A stretch of DNA of 62,532 bases, filler included, from Globobulimina sp. (taxonomy: Eukaryota): assembly GCA_003354225.1 (NCBI GenBank). It is 35 parts of 35 records of this genome, joined end to end, with 100 filler letters (N's around TTAATTAATTAA, not from the genome) between each part and the next. Parts side by side here need not be neighbours in the genome. Positions count along the whole stretch, not along the records: positions 12,536 to 14,225 come from PIVH01013073.1; positions 14,326 to 16,015 come from PIVH01013074.1; positions 16,116 to 17,805 come from PIVH01013075.1; positions 17,906 to 19,595 come from PIVH01013076.1; positions 19,696 to 21,385 come from PIVH01013077.1; positions 21,486 to 23,175 come from PIVH01013078.1; positions 23,276 to 24,965 come from PIVH01013079.1; positions 25,066 to 26,755 come from PIVH01013080.1; 27 more parts are not named here. One strand, 5' to 3'. The position numbers and the translations under genes are program-made. Of the stretch, positions 12,536-25,551 are shown piece by piece. The notes beneath the pieces were generated by a model. That model saw only the letters and a program-made list of their open reading frames with translations. It was not told the origin of the DNA and ran no database searches. Every line of letters begins with the position of its first letter. Position 1 is the first letter of the stretch.

Positions 12536-13737
12536 AAACATGGAAATGGAAACTAGCAAAACGAAGAGCTTCAAAAAGAATAAAATTAATTCAAAATACA
12601 AAATTGGAGGCAAAATATGAAACATTTACTAATGTAATTAATGAAACAGATATCCATCACATTCCTGTTTGGAAATGTCAAAGTTGCTCATATATAAATG
12701 TTGAAAGATTATCATTTTGTTCAGTCTGCCATTCATCGATAAGATATTATGACCACAGTGCCAAACAACAAAACACTGGAAACACTGGAATAGGAAACAT
12801 CAGCTTTGTTGAAAAAAATAGCAATCATAAAAGATATAGAAAGAAAAACAGAAAAAATGAGATCAAACAAAAACATACATTTGCTAAATATTGGCAGGAA
12901 ATGCAGGCTCATCAGCAACAACTCAAAAAGCACAAAATCAAACAAAGGAAAACACAAAACAAAGTACCATCATTATTTATTTCTAATTCACCCAGAAAAG
13001 CAGTTAAAACAGAGTCAAAACCAAACGTTCGGATGGAAATATTTCTGAAAAAATCAAAATGTAATGGCAATGATAAAGATATTGCAGCGGCACAGTGTAT
13101 GCTGAAGTTATATAACTCGCAACATCCTTACCATTATAATATTAAAATGACAAACTGGATATTTTCCGAATGTTATTTTAAAATATTGGACAATACAAAT
13201 GACTCATATCATATAACAGCATCAGATAAGAATATGAATATATCCATTGTGACATCTCCATTTGGCACCGGTCTGAGAGATACCTTTAAGTCAATTAAGA
13301 AAATTGAATGTTGCATTTATGAATTTGCGCGTAAATGTGTGGATGCGGTGTATATAAATAATATTAGTAAACCACATTGTGACTTGAGATTAGATGAATG
13401 TCACTCTCCGCATTATAATTTATTGCCATTATCATGCAATATGTCACGTGTTTTGTATCAATTTATTCCATCAATGGATATTTTACATACTATTTTGGTT
13501 CCATATGTTGGATATAATACTATTTATTATGTTGTTATGGATGCATCAGTTGATTTGGATGCGGTACTAAAGCACAATGGAAATGAAATTGTAATCCCAG
13601 ACAATAATCATATTGAAATTGAATCGTCCATTGCAAGCTCGTCGTGGGAACGATGTCCTTATTGTAACAGAAGAATGGGTCTATTTGGTTGTTATTGTGA
13701 TTCGAGTGATGACAGCAGTGATAGTGATAGTGATTGA
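12536..13737 (+). CDS. RanBP2-type zinc finger protein, 5' partial
   Basis: WKCQSCSYIN...CSVC; C-terminal CPYC..GCYC and acidic tail; frame open from the contig start. Confidence 0.65.
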
Positions 13738-14325
13738 CACGTCAGAATGAAATTATTGTTGCCAGTCTATAAATATAAATTGAATTAATTATTGTTTGTC
13801 GTCTGTTTGTCTGTTTATCATCAAACGGAAGGAATGACATCAAAGTGGACCATCACAGGCACAACCAAAGCTGCTGCTTTTTCATAGCAAATCCAAGCGT
13901 TTTAATTCTTTTCTAAAGAGAATCAGGTTTTCAACGTCAGGTTATTTTTGGAGTATTGATGACTCGGACAGTCGGACAGACTCGGACTTGCTTGGGATGA
14001 TCACCTCAATGTGTTGGCATCGAATGTGCATTAAATTTAGCTGTATAGAATTGGATCAAAAATTGGCATTGACAATATCCACCACCGTTGAACTTATTGG
14101 TCTTTGCATTAGGGTTTTTGCTTTTAGTTCATTTCTTCAATGAACGCTTTGATAATTGAAGAAAAAAAAACTTTTGTCATTTAGAAACATAACATTTTGC
14201 TTTCGTCATGGCACTCAGCGAATTANNNNNNNNNNNNNNNNNNNNNNNNNNNNNNNNNNNNNNNNNNNNTTAATTAATTAANNNNNNNNNNNNNNNNNNN
14301 NNNNNNNNNNNNNNNNNNNNNNNNN

Positions 14326-15218
14326 GCGCGGTGTCAGTGATCGGTTTAATTTCCGAGGTGTGCGCGGTGTCTGTGGCGAGCGTGGTGTGCGCGGTGAGCG
14401 GGGCGATTTGGGTCTGGGTCTGCGAATGCGTGGAGATTTGGGCGATGATAACACAAATTTAGGTGTTGCTGGTTTGTTGCTTGATTTTTTACTCGTTTTT
14501 GAGGCTCGGGCGGATTTGGGGCGACGGTATGGTTTGTATTTCTTGCTGCGGTTTGAGTGGTTGCTACGGTTTGAATGGTTACTGAGTTTAGGATCTAATT
14601 TTAAAGTGAAATTATCGTGTTTGGGTTTGTGTTGTTTGTGTTTATAGATTGGATTTGGTGATGGTGTGTGTGATAGGGAGGAGTCAGAGGATCGGGATAT
14701 GGATCGATTGCTTTTATGACTGCGCGGACTGCGCGAGTCTGATAAGGTTTTGCTTTGCGGCAATAAGGGCAGAGCGCCATGTTTGCGTAATTTGCAAGCA
14801 TCGATGGATTCGATTCGAATGGGATCTAATTTGGTTTTGATGGCATATAAGCGAACAAAAATGCCGCGTCTGTCTTTGCAGATGAAATATCTGTTTGGTT
14901 GACGTTTAGTTTGTGTATTGGTTTGATGTTAATGTGGTGTTTGGGTACAAAATATTCACAGATTACGTACCGTTTGCCATGTTCGGAACCATCATTTGGA
15001 CCTTGACCTCTCGTTAATGCAATTCCATACCAACAACCATGATGGAATTCTCTCTGTTTATATGGAGATTTTTTAATATGCAAACTGTTGTTACAAATAA
15101 AATGTAAATATAACCAAACTTTGCCAATATAACGAATGTAACCCTCACGATTCTTTAATGTTACGTAATCACCCACTTGATAGTGCTGGTTTCTTGGTCG
15201 GAAGTTGCTAACAGCCAT
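14326..15218 (-). CDS. CAP-Gly domain protein with basic SP/TP-rich tail, 3' partial; introns 15054-15119 and 14891-14970
   Basis: Spliced product VGDYV..GYIRYIGKREF..GCWYGIAL..GPNDGSEHGKRYFIC..GIFVR matches the CAP-Gly consensus. Confidence 0.85.
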
Positions 15219-15268
15219 TATCACGACTCTTGATAAAAATATCAAGTAACAGTTTTTTTTAGTTAAGT

Positions 15269-15290
15269 TTGCACGCAACTTGCACGCAAC
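15269..15290. promoter_or_regulatory. 2 x TTGCACGCAAC tandem repeat in the 88-bp divergent intergenic region
   Basis: Exact 11-bp direct repeat between two head-to-head ATGs; a regulatory role is inferred. Confidence 0.35.
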
Positions 15291-15306
15291 TTAGGTTCAT
15301 TACTTA

Positions 15307-15942
15307 ATGACTTCTCTGTTAAAGTCGCTTAAACCATCTAAACATCTATACACTGCTAATGTATCCACTAAGTGTTCAACACCATGTAAAGAATTAAAAG
15401 CAATCAAAATCAAATATAAAATTATATTTGAAGAAACAAATGAAATCAAAAAATCAAAAAATTTAGAAACGCTTCATAGAGAATTACAAAATTATGAAGA
15501 AACAATAATTGAAAGATATGGCTGGTGTCCTAAAATGCAAAGTAGAATGGCATCAGATCATAATGCAGTTCTTTTAGGATTTGCCATAACAGAACAAAAT
15601 GACGTTGCGGGATTAATCTGTATTTTACCAATTGATAATGATAAATTGAAAGAATTACAAAATGAAAATATTTGGAATGTTAATAATTATATGGATGCTT
15701 TGTTAGCGGAGCAAGATGACATCAAGCAATACGCAGATAATTATGAAATTGCAATTACAGTGTTGCCAAAATATCAACGATGTGGTATCGGAATGAAATT
15801 AATTAAAAAAGCATGGGAGAGATTCGGAAAAGACTCAACAAGATTAAGATGTGTTGCTATTGTTCAAAGTAAAAAATCAAAAAGATTTGTGCATAAATTT
15901 CAAAAAATGATAGCAAATTTACCTGTGCTGATCATTAGCTAG
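15307..15942 (+). CDS. GNAT-family acetyltransferase
   Basis: Motif A IAITVLPKYQRCGIGMKLI. Confidence 0.75.
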   Translation: MTSLLKSLKPSKHLYTANVSTKCSTPCKELKAIKIKYKIIFEETNEIKKSKNLETLHRELQNYEETIIERYGWCPKMQSRMASDHNAVLLGFAITEQNDVAGLICILPIDNDKLKELQNENIWNVNNYMDALLAEQDDIKQYADNYEIAITVLPKYQRCGIGMKLIKKAWERFGKDSTRLRCVAIVQSKKSKRFVHKFQKMIANLPVLIIS

Positions 15943-16115
15943 TTATGTTTCTTAAATTAAAAGCACTTCAGAATTCAGATTAGTTATGCGTTAAAATTCA
16001 ATCAGGACGTAAGTCNNNNNNNNNNNNNNNNNNNNNNNNNNNNNNNNNNNNNNNNNNNNTTAATTAATTAANNNNNNNNNNNNNNNNNNNNNNNNNNNNN
16101 NNNNNNNNNNNNNNN

Positions 16116-17776
16116 ACCACCCATGCTTTAATATTAATAATCCGCTCTATGCGGCCAAATTCAATGAATTATATGCCACAGAGAGCATAAATACGGCCCA
16201 TATCGACATACCAGTTAATATGATAAGTTTCGACGTTGTATCTCCATTCGATGCGAAGCTGACTGCCGTAGCTGACGGTGGCTCCAATATCCAATGCATA
16301 AACTTTAAGACGGGCCTAAAATATAAGAAATATGTATTAAGGGATAAAAGAAAAACAAGGGTACGTACCGGTAGCGGCTATACCACAGTCCACGAATACA
16401 TACCATTTAAAATCAAGTGCGCCAATCGAGTGATAAATACCAAATTTTATATTCTCAACCAACTGCCCGATGATATCAATTATCTCATTGGCCGCTCATT
16501 AATCCACGCATTGGGATACAAATTGACGAAAACCAATACGTCATTTGAGCATAAATCGCACCCTGAATACTACGACGATGAATTTGATGACATGTCGTGT
16601 GAGCTATACCCGTTGGCGACCGACGCAGCACAAATCCACAACTTTGATATTATTATTCATGACGATGCAGCGCGCAAACCTATACTCGATCTGATCCATT
16701 CGTACGCGGACAATATCTCGAAAGGTGGCAGTGGCGCGGACATCGGAAGGATCTCAGGCGAAAAATTCAAAATCATACTGCGCGATGACATAAATGTGGA
16801 CCCAATCGTAAATCCGACGTATTATATAAGCCCGAAATACTATGATAACTTAAAAAAACAGATACAAAACCTATTGGACGATAAACGCATTGAGCCGAGC
16901 TGCAGTCATTGGCGTTCGAGCTTGTTTGGACGCCCTAAGAAGACCGGCGATGTCCGGATCGTATTCGACTTCCGGCGCTTGAATCACTTAACGAAGCCCG
17001 ATCAATTTCCCATACCTAACATACAGAAATTATTACAAAGGTTTAGAGGGAAAAGATACATAACTTCGTTGGATATGAAGGCCGGTTATTGGCATATCCC
17101 ATTGGATGATGACACCAAACCTCTGACTGCATTCGAGTTCGACGGCCAGTTATATCAATGGACCGTAATGCCGATGGGCCTGAAAAATGCGCCAGCTACG
17201 TTTCAGAGAGTGATGACGAAAATATTTGCGGATTTAGACTTTGTGGTGGTGTATATCGACGATATCGCCATTTTGAGCGATAATCTGCCGGAGCACCTAA
17301 AGCATATTCAAACGGTTTTTGAACGCATCAAAAAGCATAATATAAAGCTACGGATTGATAAATGTTTGTTTGCGGCGCAGGAAACTGAGTATTTGGGATA
17401 CTATGTTGACAAATATGGCTATCGCCCAACAGACAAATATAAAAAAAAGGTAATAAACGTACCTGAGCCACGTAGCAGAGCGCAAATGCAGGTCTTCCTC
17501 GGTTTGGTTGCATATTTACACAAATTTATACCTGATTTGCACCAAATTGCGAAGCCATTGTATAAATTATTAGAGACCAACGAGGCATTTGAGATGACGA
17601 CAGTGCGTAGGAAGGCTTTTGAAACATTAAAATTAATGATTCAAAAGGCCGACATATTAATTCATCCGGACCCGAATCGCGAATTACATCTATTTTGTGA
17701 TGCGTCCATTAATGGCATTGGTGGCGTGGTGGGTCAGTACGACGATGACAAAGTATTCCATCCCATCGCGTTTAAT
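16116..17776 (+). mobile_element. Ty3/Gypsy LTR retrotransposon pol (protease-RT-RNase H start)
   Basis: VADGGS protease; RIVFDFRRLN, LDMKAGYWHI, MPMGLKNAPATFQ, YIDD; LFCDAS RNase H; open frame. Confidence 0.93.
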
Positions 17777-18048
17777 ATGATAAGTTTCGACATTGTATCT
17801 CCATTNNNNNNNNNNNNNNNNNNNNNNNNNNNNNNNNNNNNNNNNNNNNTTAATTAATTAANNNNNNNNNNNNNNNNNNNNNNNNNNNNNNNNNNNNNNN
17901 NNNNNTACAGTTTTTTACAGATTATTCAAAATAAAAACATTGAAAGTCAAAATTGAATTGTTAAAGGTTGTGTTTCATCGGGAACCATTAACATTTTATT
18001 ATTAACCTATTTTCCTTCCAAAACTTTACTATTCATTATTTTAGGACA

Positions 18049-19310
18049 ATGCCGCGATCAAACCGATCAAAGGCGAAGAACCACATGAAAAGATGGACTG
18101 AGGCGGAATATCTGAAAGCATGGTATTTGTACGAAGCTCACAATTGCTGGGACGAAATCGGAAAACAATTAGGACGATCACCAGGTTCAATAGTACTCAA
18201 AATAAAGGCATTAACGAAGCGGGACAATTTCCCTCCAAATGAAGGTAATCAATGGTCGCATGCGGAAGATAATGAAATTACAAAATTGCATGAAAGCAAC
18301 AATTCCAATTTGAAAATCGCTATGAAATTAAAGAGAAGAACGAGTTCAATTTCAGAAAGAATAAAAAGAATATGTACAATTAATACAAATGAGAACACAA
18401 AGAATAGGACAAATATACATAAATATAATACGAGATTAAATCGAAAACATCGAAGAGATAATAAATACAATAAAAATAATAAAAACAAGAACACAAAGAA
18501 GAGCATAAACAGACATAAATATAATACCAGAAATAATCGAAAAAATAACAAATATAATTTTGTTGTGTATGATTTGGAAACATCTGAATCCGAATCAGAA
18601 CCAGAACCAGAAACAGATTCATTTTCTGAATCTGAATCTGAATTAGATTCAGAAAAAGAATCAGAACAAATACATCAACCACCACAACAGCCACCGATAC
18701 CACCACCACCACCACCACAACAACAACAGCATGCAAATAGCAAAGAAAATAGATTCGATGATAATAACATTGGAGAATAAGTGGTTTATTAGCAGTGAAT
18801 CTTAATAACAAGGATGTGATTGCTATATCATCTGATTCTGAACAGGAGAACGAAGAAAAGGAAGAAGAAGAGGATGATGATATAATTATATTAAATGTAA
18901 AAAAACCCAAATATTCAAACAAAAAAGAAAAGGAGGAAGAAGATGATGATATAATTATATTAAATACAAAAAAAGCAAAATATTCAAATAAAAAAAGGAA
19001 AATAAAAATGGAAACTAAGATAGAAGTAAAAAGATTTAAATTCGACAATAATTATAATAACCGACATCATAAACCACCACCAATTGTTCCATACACATTT
19101 GAAGAGGTTTTAACATATTTCTATTTGATTGGTTATGGGCGCTATGTGTCTGTAATAGAGAAAGGATTGGATTACAATGGCATTTATAATGTACGCGAAC
19201 TTAAATCATTGGATGTAGATATTTTAAGGAAATGTGGCATACAAAGTTATGCGGACCGTAAAGATATTGTGGCGAAAATAGAAACACATTTTCCACATTG
19301 CTATACTTGA
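18049..19310 (+). CDS. Tandem Myb/HTH-like repeats plus low complexity plus C-terminal SAM domain; split into two frames near 18780
   Basis: RWTEAE..W.EIGKQLGRS and WSHAED..IAMKLKR; C-terminal SAM-like GYGRY..NGI..LKSLD..LRKCGI..RKDI; probable frameshift between the ORFs. Confidence 0.55.
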
Positions 19311-19695
19311 CGTACACATCTTAACTATTTTTTATTTACAACTTTTGTACAACTTTTGACTTTTAGGCATGTCATGTGTTTACTCATCGTTTGGCTCATG
19401 TTGTGTTTGATTGGCGGTTGCTTGTTATGAGTTTTTATTTTAAACTCACCGTTTCTATTTTGGTGAACATTTATTCAGTAAAAACTTCACTAAATTTTCC
19501 TGTTTCTAGTTAATTCCATCATCAAAGGCGGACAGTTTCAAGAATACTAGTATATCCTACCAGAAATTGACGCTACACCACAATGACTTTAGTAGNNNNN
19601 NNNNNNNNNNNNNNNNNNNNNNNNNNNNNNNNNNNNNNNTTAATTAATTAANNNNNNNNNNNNNNNNNNNNNNNNNNNNNNNNNNNNNNNNNNNN

Positions 19696-20909
19696 GTGTT
19701 TTGTTATGACCAACATACTGATTCCAATGAACAGTTACAAGCATCCAAGCAAATATTATTAATAAAAGAGAAGAAAACCAACAAGGAATATTATCACATG
19801 ATTGTGTTGATACATTGCCATCGGAATTACTTAGTGAATGTGCCTCATATTTAAATTATAAACAATATTTTCGATTTGCTAAATGCAACAGACAAACATA
19901 TATTGCATGCTATGCTTTTCCATCAATACAAGAATTAAACTTATCCATCATTCGGAAAACAAATCGTGAATCTTTGAATTTATCTGCATTTAAAAATATC
20001 GGGGCATTACGTATGGGCCTCAAACAATTCAATGCTTTATCAATATCAAATAAGTCGACATGGTCTAATAATCACTCATTACGCACATTGGCATTAAATA
20101 ATTGGAATGGCAATGAAGATGATATAATATCATTTATTAATTGTCAACATTCAATTAATTATCAGAATGTTATAAAATTAAGACTTATATAGGTATTTTA
20201 AATCACAATTAATTTATAATATAGCTTCAAAATTTAGACAACTTCAAAATTTAACACTTGACTGCATCCAATTCGATAATAATTCAATTGATAATTCTAA
20301 AAATGAAATAAAAAAATGGTTTATGAATATAAAAATCTTAGAGGTATCTGATGTAAATACCGGTTTTGTGAGTGATATTATTGAAGCATCACATAATGAA
20401 TTACAATCTTTATCTCTTAGTGGTCCTCACGCAATTCCATCAAATACAACATTTCCTAAATTACAAACATTAGAATTAAGTTATCCATTGCCACCAAATG
20501 TAGATATATTAAAGAACTCACAAACCCTAAAATGTGTTACACTTTTCTCCAGCAACGAAGATGTAACACATACATTTATTGAGAATGCAATATGTAAACA
20601 ATTGGCATTGGAGAATATTACTATTATTGCAGAAATACTAATTCTTTTTCCATTTTACAGACAATCGAATCAATATTGGCAAAAACCAGAAATATTAAAA
20701 GAAAATGCAAAACATTTTGTATTGATCTTACATTTGATTCTATCGATCCTTATACTGCTGATAAAAAATTATTTGGATTACAAATATTTCGAGTTATTAA
20801 TGTATTAAAAGTGTTAAATATTAATGATTGGTGTTTAAAAATAGAACATTATGGTCATGATTTTGATAAAGAATTTTTGTGGAGTATGAAATTACTAAAT
20901 CTGATCTGA
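19696..20909 (+). pseudogene. F-box/LRR-like gene with stops and frameshifts
   Basis: DTLPSELLSECASYL F-box-like start; LRR-like L..L.L units spread over three frames with premature stops. Confidence 0.55.
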
Positions 20910-21485
20910 ATATTATTATTTCCAACACCAAATAAATGATGAAAGTGGTATTCTGTGCTTTGGAATCCACAAATTCCACACATTTTGTTTATTATTTACT
21001 AAATTAATCAGCAATGCGTTGTTAATCAGCATGTTTGGAATTTATGTTTTAAATTTTAAAAAAACATCAACTTTACCATCAATTTATCCTGGCATAATAT
21101 TTTCTTGCATGGATTCTTTTGTTAACTGACATTCTAATTTCCTTTTTTGTTCCGCGTACCGTTTTTTATTTATCCAACTGATAAAAATCATGAAAGTACT
21201 AAAGAATTAAATGATTATTAGTAGTAGTGGGGTAAAATTCAATCAGGCCTGAGGTCTGATTCCAGGCTCACAGATTGCTCAAACATCCCTGTGAGATTTT
21301 GTATGGATCCAAAGGAGGATCGATTAAATGATTATTAAGAGGTCGGGTGGGGGTTTTTGGGCAAAATTCAATCAGGCGTTTTTTTNNNNNNNNNNNNNNN
21401 NNNNNNNNNNNNNNNNNNNNNNNNNNNNNTTAATTAATTAANNNNNNNNNNNNNNNNNNNNNNNNNNNNNNNNNNNNNNNNNNNN

Positions 21486-22109
21486 CAATTCATGATCTGA
21501 CAGTGTACCAACAGCGACAACGGGCTCTGTGGACCATCGTAGATGATATGCTGCAGCACAAACATCAAAGTGTTGCTTCCTATCCGTACAAGCTTTGACC
21601 AATCGGTGTATTGTATCTATATTTAACACAATATCCGAGTCCACAAAAAGGACGCCATCCCGCTGTTGTTGCTTGGCATCATTAATTATTACGTTTCTTT
21701 TGAAACCAATCATATCCATATTATGTCTTTCTTGATTGGGATTATCGTAATCCGGAACCGAAGAACATTTCACATCGTAGATTGTATATTTAATGATTTC
21801 ATCACACAAAAATATATCTGTTTCTTTTGAGACGACACGAATTCTTACATCCGATAGTTGTGAATGTTCAATGCTTTGTGTCATTTGTTTCATCACTGCA
21901 GGGATATATTTTGCATCTCGTTTAATAATTAAATAACCAATATCTAAACGAAAATAATCAATCTGACTTTGAACACTATTGTTAATGATAAAGATCAATA
22001 ATATGATGCATGTTAGCGTTGGAACGATACAGCTGATCCCTAAACATATTATAAACCGATGATTAGACGTAAAATTATTACGCTTGTTCTTGAGGACATT
22101 TAGTAACAT
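21486..22109 (-). CDS. Type II membrane GT-A fold glycosyltransferase, 3' partial
   Basis: N-terminal TM helix; KRN..I..A and VLFVDSD (DxD) motifs. Confidence 0.65.
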
Positions 22110-22160
22110 TCACTAAGCTCTAATTTTTAGTACAGTGTCAAAAAACTTTTTCTACTAAGC

Positions 22161-23175
22161 ATGTCAAATAAAGTTGATAGCAAAATCCAGGATGCGACAA
22201 ACGATGATGTAAAAGAAAACAATACAATCCAATTGGATTTTGCAGCCGTGATTGGTGCGGGCAAATTAGGCGCAAGAATTGCAGTTGAACTCGCATTATG
22301 TAATGTGAATGTATTTCTGTATGATCCAATTGAATCAAATAACTCCGTTCAAATTAAAATCCAACAAATTCTGAAACAAACCATCGCAAACGTTAAACAT
22401 GTATTATTTGATAATAATTCTAACAACAAAATGAATGACAAATTAGATCAACATATTGAACAAATATTTGATGAAACAATGAAAAGAATATATTTTGTTA
22501 ACAATATAATAATGGCTGTAAATCATCCAAATTTACAGATTATTTTTGAAGCAATTATTGAAAAATTAGATATTAAAATCAATTTATTTCAGCAAATGGA
22601 GAAATATATTGTTAACAAATCATGCATATTATCTTCAAATACTTTGTCATTTCCAATCATTGAAATAAGCAATAAATTAAATCAAGAGACACAGAAACAA
22701 TTTAAATATAAATTGATTGGTATCCGATGGTTATGGCCAGCAATTTTTATACCATTTATTGAAATTACATATGGTAATCATGACAATGCGGAGTATAATG
22801 AAACTGTGTTAACAGTGAATGCGTTGTTGGAATCAATCAAAAAAAGTGTATTTTTGTGTCCCATCAAAGAAAATGAATGGAATTCAAAAACCTTTGTTCA
22901 AATTAATAGACAAAGACTAAGATTGACACCGGTCGAATATAAAAAACATCAAAAACATCAAATAAGAAAATATTTTTTGTATGGGATGAAGGATAATGCC
23001 AACGATAAAAAGGAGAATGATGAGGAGGAAATGGAATGTATTGTTTGTTTGGATAAAAAAGCAAATACAGTTTCGATAAATTGTGGACATAATGTAATGT
23101 GTGGTAAGTGTGCCAAATTATTGCTGGTGGAAACAACTCGGTGTCCTGTATGTCGTGAACCGTCCAGAGCCATTT
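22161..23175 (+). CDS. 3-hydroxyacyl-CoA dehydrogenase-like NAD-binding domain fused to a C3HC4 RING
   Basis: VIGAGKLG, FEAIIEKLDIK, SSNT; C-terminal CIVC..CGH..CGKC..CPVCR in one intronless ORF. Confidence 0.8.
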
Positions 23176-23275
23176 NNNNNNNNNNNNNNNNNNNNNNNNN
23201 NNNNNNNNNNNNNNNNNNNTTAATTAATTAANNNNNNNNNNNNNNNNNNNNNNNNNNNNNNNNNNNNNNNNNNNN

Positions 23276-24965
23276 AGAATCGAAGTGCCTTTGAAATGTG
23301 GCAAGAATCGTTTGTCTGTGATATTGGATCATGTTATTTGACGGCGCGAAGTAATCGAAATAAATCATTAATGGGCAAAGCAAATAATAAACGAAAAGCG
23401 ATATTTTTTGCGACTGGAATGGAAAACGATGAATCTGTAAAAAGTATTATTATGCAACAAATATTGGACACATTACATTTTTGGGTGTTTCATAGTTTGA
23501 AATTTGATATCACACAATATTTAAATACAAATACAAATAATGAGAACAAAGAAGATATGAATGATTATAGTGATTTTAATGAACTATGTTTTGATTTATC
23601 CATGAAAAAATTAGATGAAATTTTAAATAAAAAAATAAATTCATCGTCAAGATATCGAAAAAATAACGAAAGATATTCAAAAAATAATAATAAATTTATC
23701 ACGAAAACAATCGCTGAAACAACAAATACAAATATAAATAATAATAATTTGAATAACGAATCTGTTGTTAATGAGAAAGAAATGGCCATTTATCAATCGA
23801 TAGTGTATGGTAATAATAATTTACTTTTATCCCAACAAAAACAAGCAAAAAAAGAGAAAGTAAGTGCTAATAAATCATGGTTGGATGACTTATTTGGAGC
23901 AATGAATCGATACAAATTAAATCAAAAATTAATTTCTGATTTTTATGAATTTATTGAAAATGAAGAATATGACTCAGAATCAATTTATATCGATGTTCGA
24001 AATGGTTTACAATCGAATTTATTTTACCAATTTACGCAAAATAATAATAATAAATTAAATAAATTATTGAGAATGGTGTTGTTCGAAACAGATCGAGATA
24101 GAAACGTTTACGCGGAGGGTTTTAGATATTTTTATTGGGCGTATTATAAATATAATGATAATGAATGGAATGTATTATATAAACTATCAGGAACTGGTCA
24201 ACAAATATTGGAAGGTAATGGCGGTTATAAATTGAAAGATTGGTACATTGGGAATAAATATAATAACTTTAAGCAAGAGCTATTACATAATATATTTGCG
24301 GCATTCTCTTACGAACAATATCAAGATACATTACAAACTGCAAAAGAAAAACGACAAAATTGGTTAAATGATCCAAATGTAAAAAAATTAGAATGTACAA
24401 CTGGAATTTGGCGAAAATTATATGGTATTTCGGGTTATGATTTAATAAAAATCGAGCATTTGATGGCAGTGATATTTTATTGTAATTATTCAAATCATTG
24501 CTCTTTATTCTCAGCAACTTTTCGAAGGAATAATATCTATGAAACCAATGAATTACTTAAACAACGCCACTCTGAATTTTATTTCTGGGGCAAATATTTG
24601 CGAGAATGTGTCGAATGTTTTGGTAATTATATGCAAGGGAGTTCAATTCCAATTTTTTATCACGGCGTATCACAAACAATGCTATTTAATTCAACAGAGA
24701 TCCGTTTACATTGTCCGGTGTCCACCACACGAGGTTTTGTTTTATTTTCTACCATATCCTTGCACTCATTATTTGTATATACACATATTTTATGTGATAC
24801 AAAGATTTTATAATTGCTTGGAGTGTATTCGGATCACAAGGCGTAGTCTTAGATATTGAGAATACGAATAGTGGAGCAATATATTTTAATTGTAATTTTT
24901 GGTCATCGTTCACGAATGAAGACGAAAGATTGTTTGTTTCAGGTTTAGCTGCATTACAATTTGCA
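23276..24965 (+). CDS. Large protein with putative C-terminal ADP-ribosyltransferase-like domain (partial); intron 24734-24804
   Basis: After splicing: FYHGV...PVSTTRDF..GVVL..WSSFTNEDERLF, spaced like the ARTC R-STS-ExE triad. Confidence 0.55.
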
Positions 24966-25065
24966 NNNNNNNNNNNNNNNNNNNNNNNNNNNNNNNNNNN
25001 NNNNNNNNNTTAATTAATTAANNNNNNNNNNNNNNNNNNNNNNNNNNNNNNNNNNNNNNNNNNNN

Positions 25066-25551
25066 AGAGAATTATGTAAATATTTACAAGAGATTGAACA
25101 TTATAAACAGAAATGTGATATGTTACAAACGGAGATTAGCGGACATATTAATAATTTATGTGAGGAAAAGTTTAAATGTTGGTTGTGTGGAGTGGTGGGA
25201 TTGAAAGGATATTTATCAGTATTTGTAGAGAATGAATATAATGATATCACAATGGTTGAATACATTGACGACGATGTAATTGTAAATGAATTGGGGATCA
25301 CTAATAAAATGCATATACAATTATTATTGAGGCAGGTCGAGGAATTTAAAGATATGAGACAAGAATTTGGTGCATTAATGGCAGGAAATAAAATTTTAAA
25401 ACAATTTGAACAAAACTTGAATGAAAATGGGATATTAACAATCAATGATTTAAAGAAAGATATAACCACTAAAGCCGATGCAAAGAGAATATTGAAAATA
25501 AATAATCCAAAAGAGATACAACAAATTTTAAGAATGATTAAACTGATTTGA
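25066..25551 (+). CDS. 3' end of a coiled-coil plus SAM domain gene (upstream repeat unit)
   Basis: KCWL..VGLKGYLSVFVENEY..ELGI..MHIQLLL SAM consensus, followed by a second SAM-like block. Confidence 0.65.
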   Translation, partial: RELCKYLQEIEHYKQKCDMLQTEISGHINNLCEEKFKCWLCGVVGLKGYLSVFVENEYNDITMVEYIDDDVIVNELGITNKMHIQLLLRQVEEFKDMRQEFGALMAGNKILKQFEQNLNENGILTINDLKKDITTKADAKRILKINNPKEIQQILRMIKLI

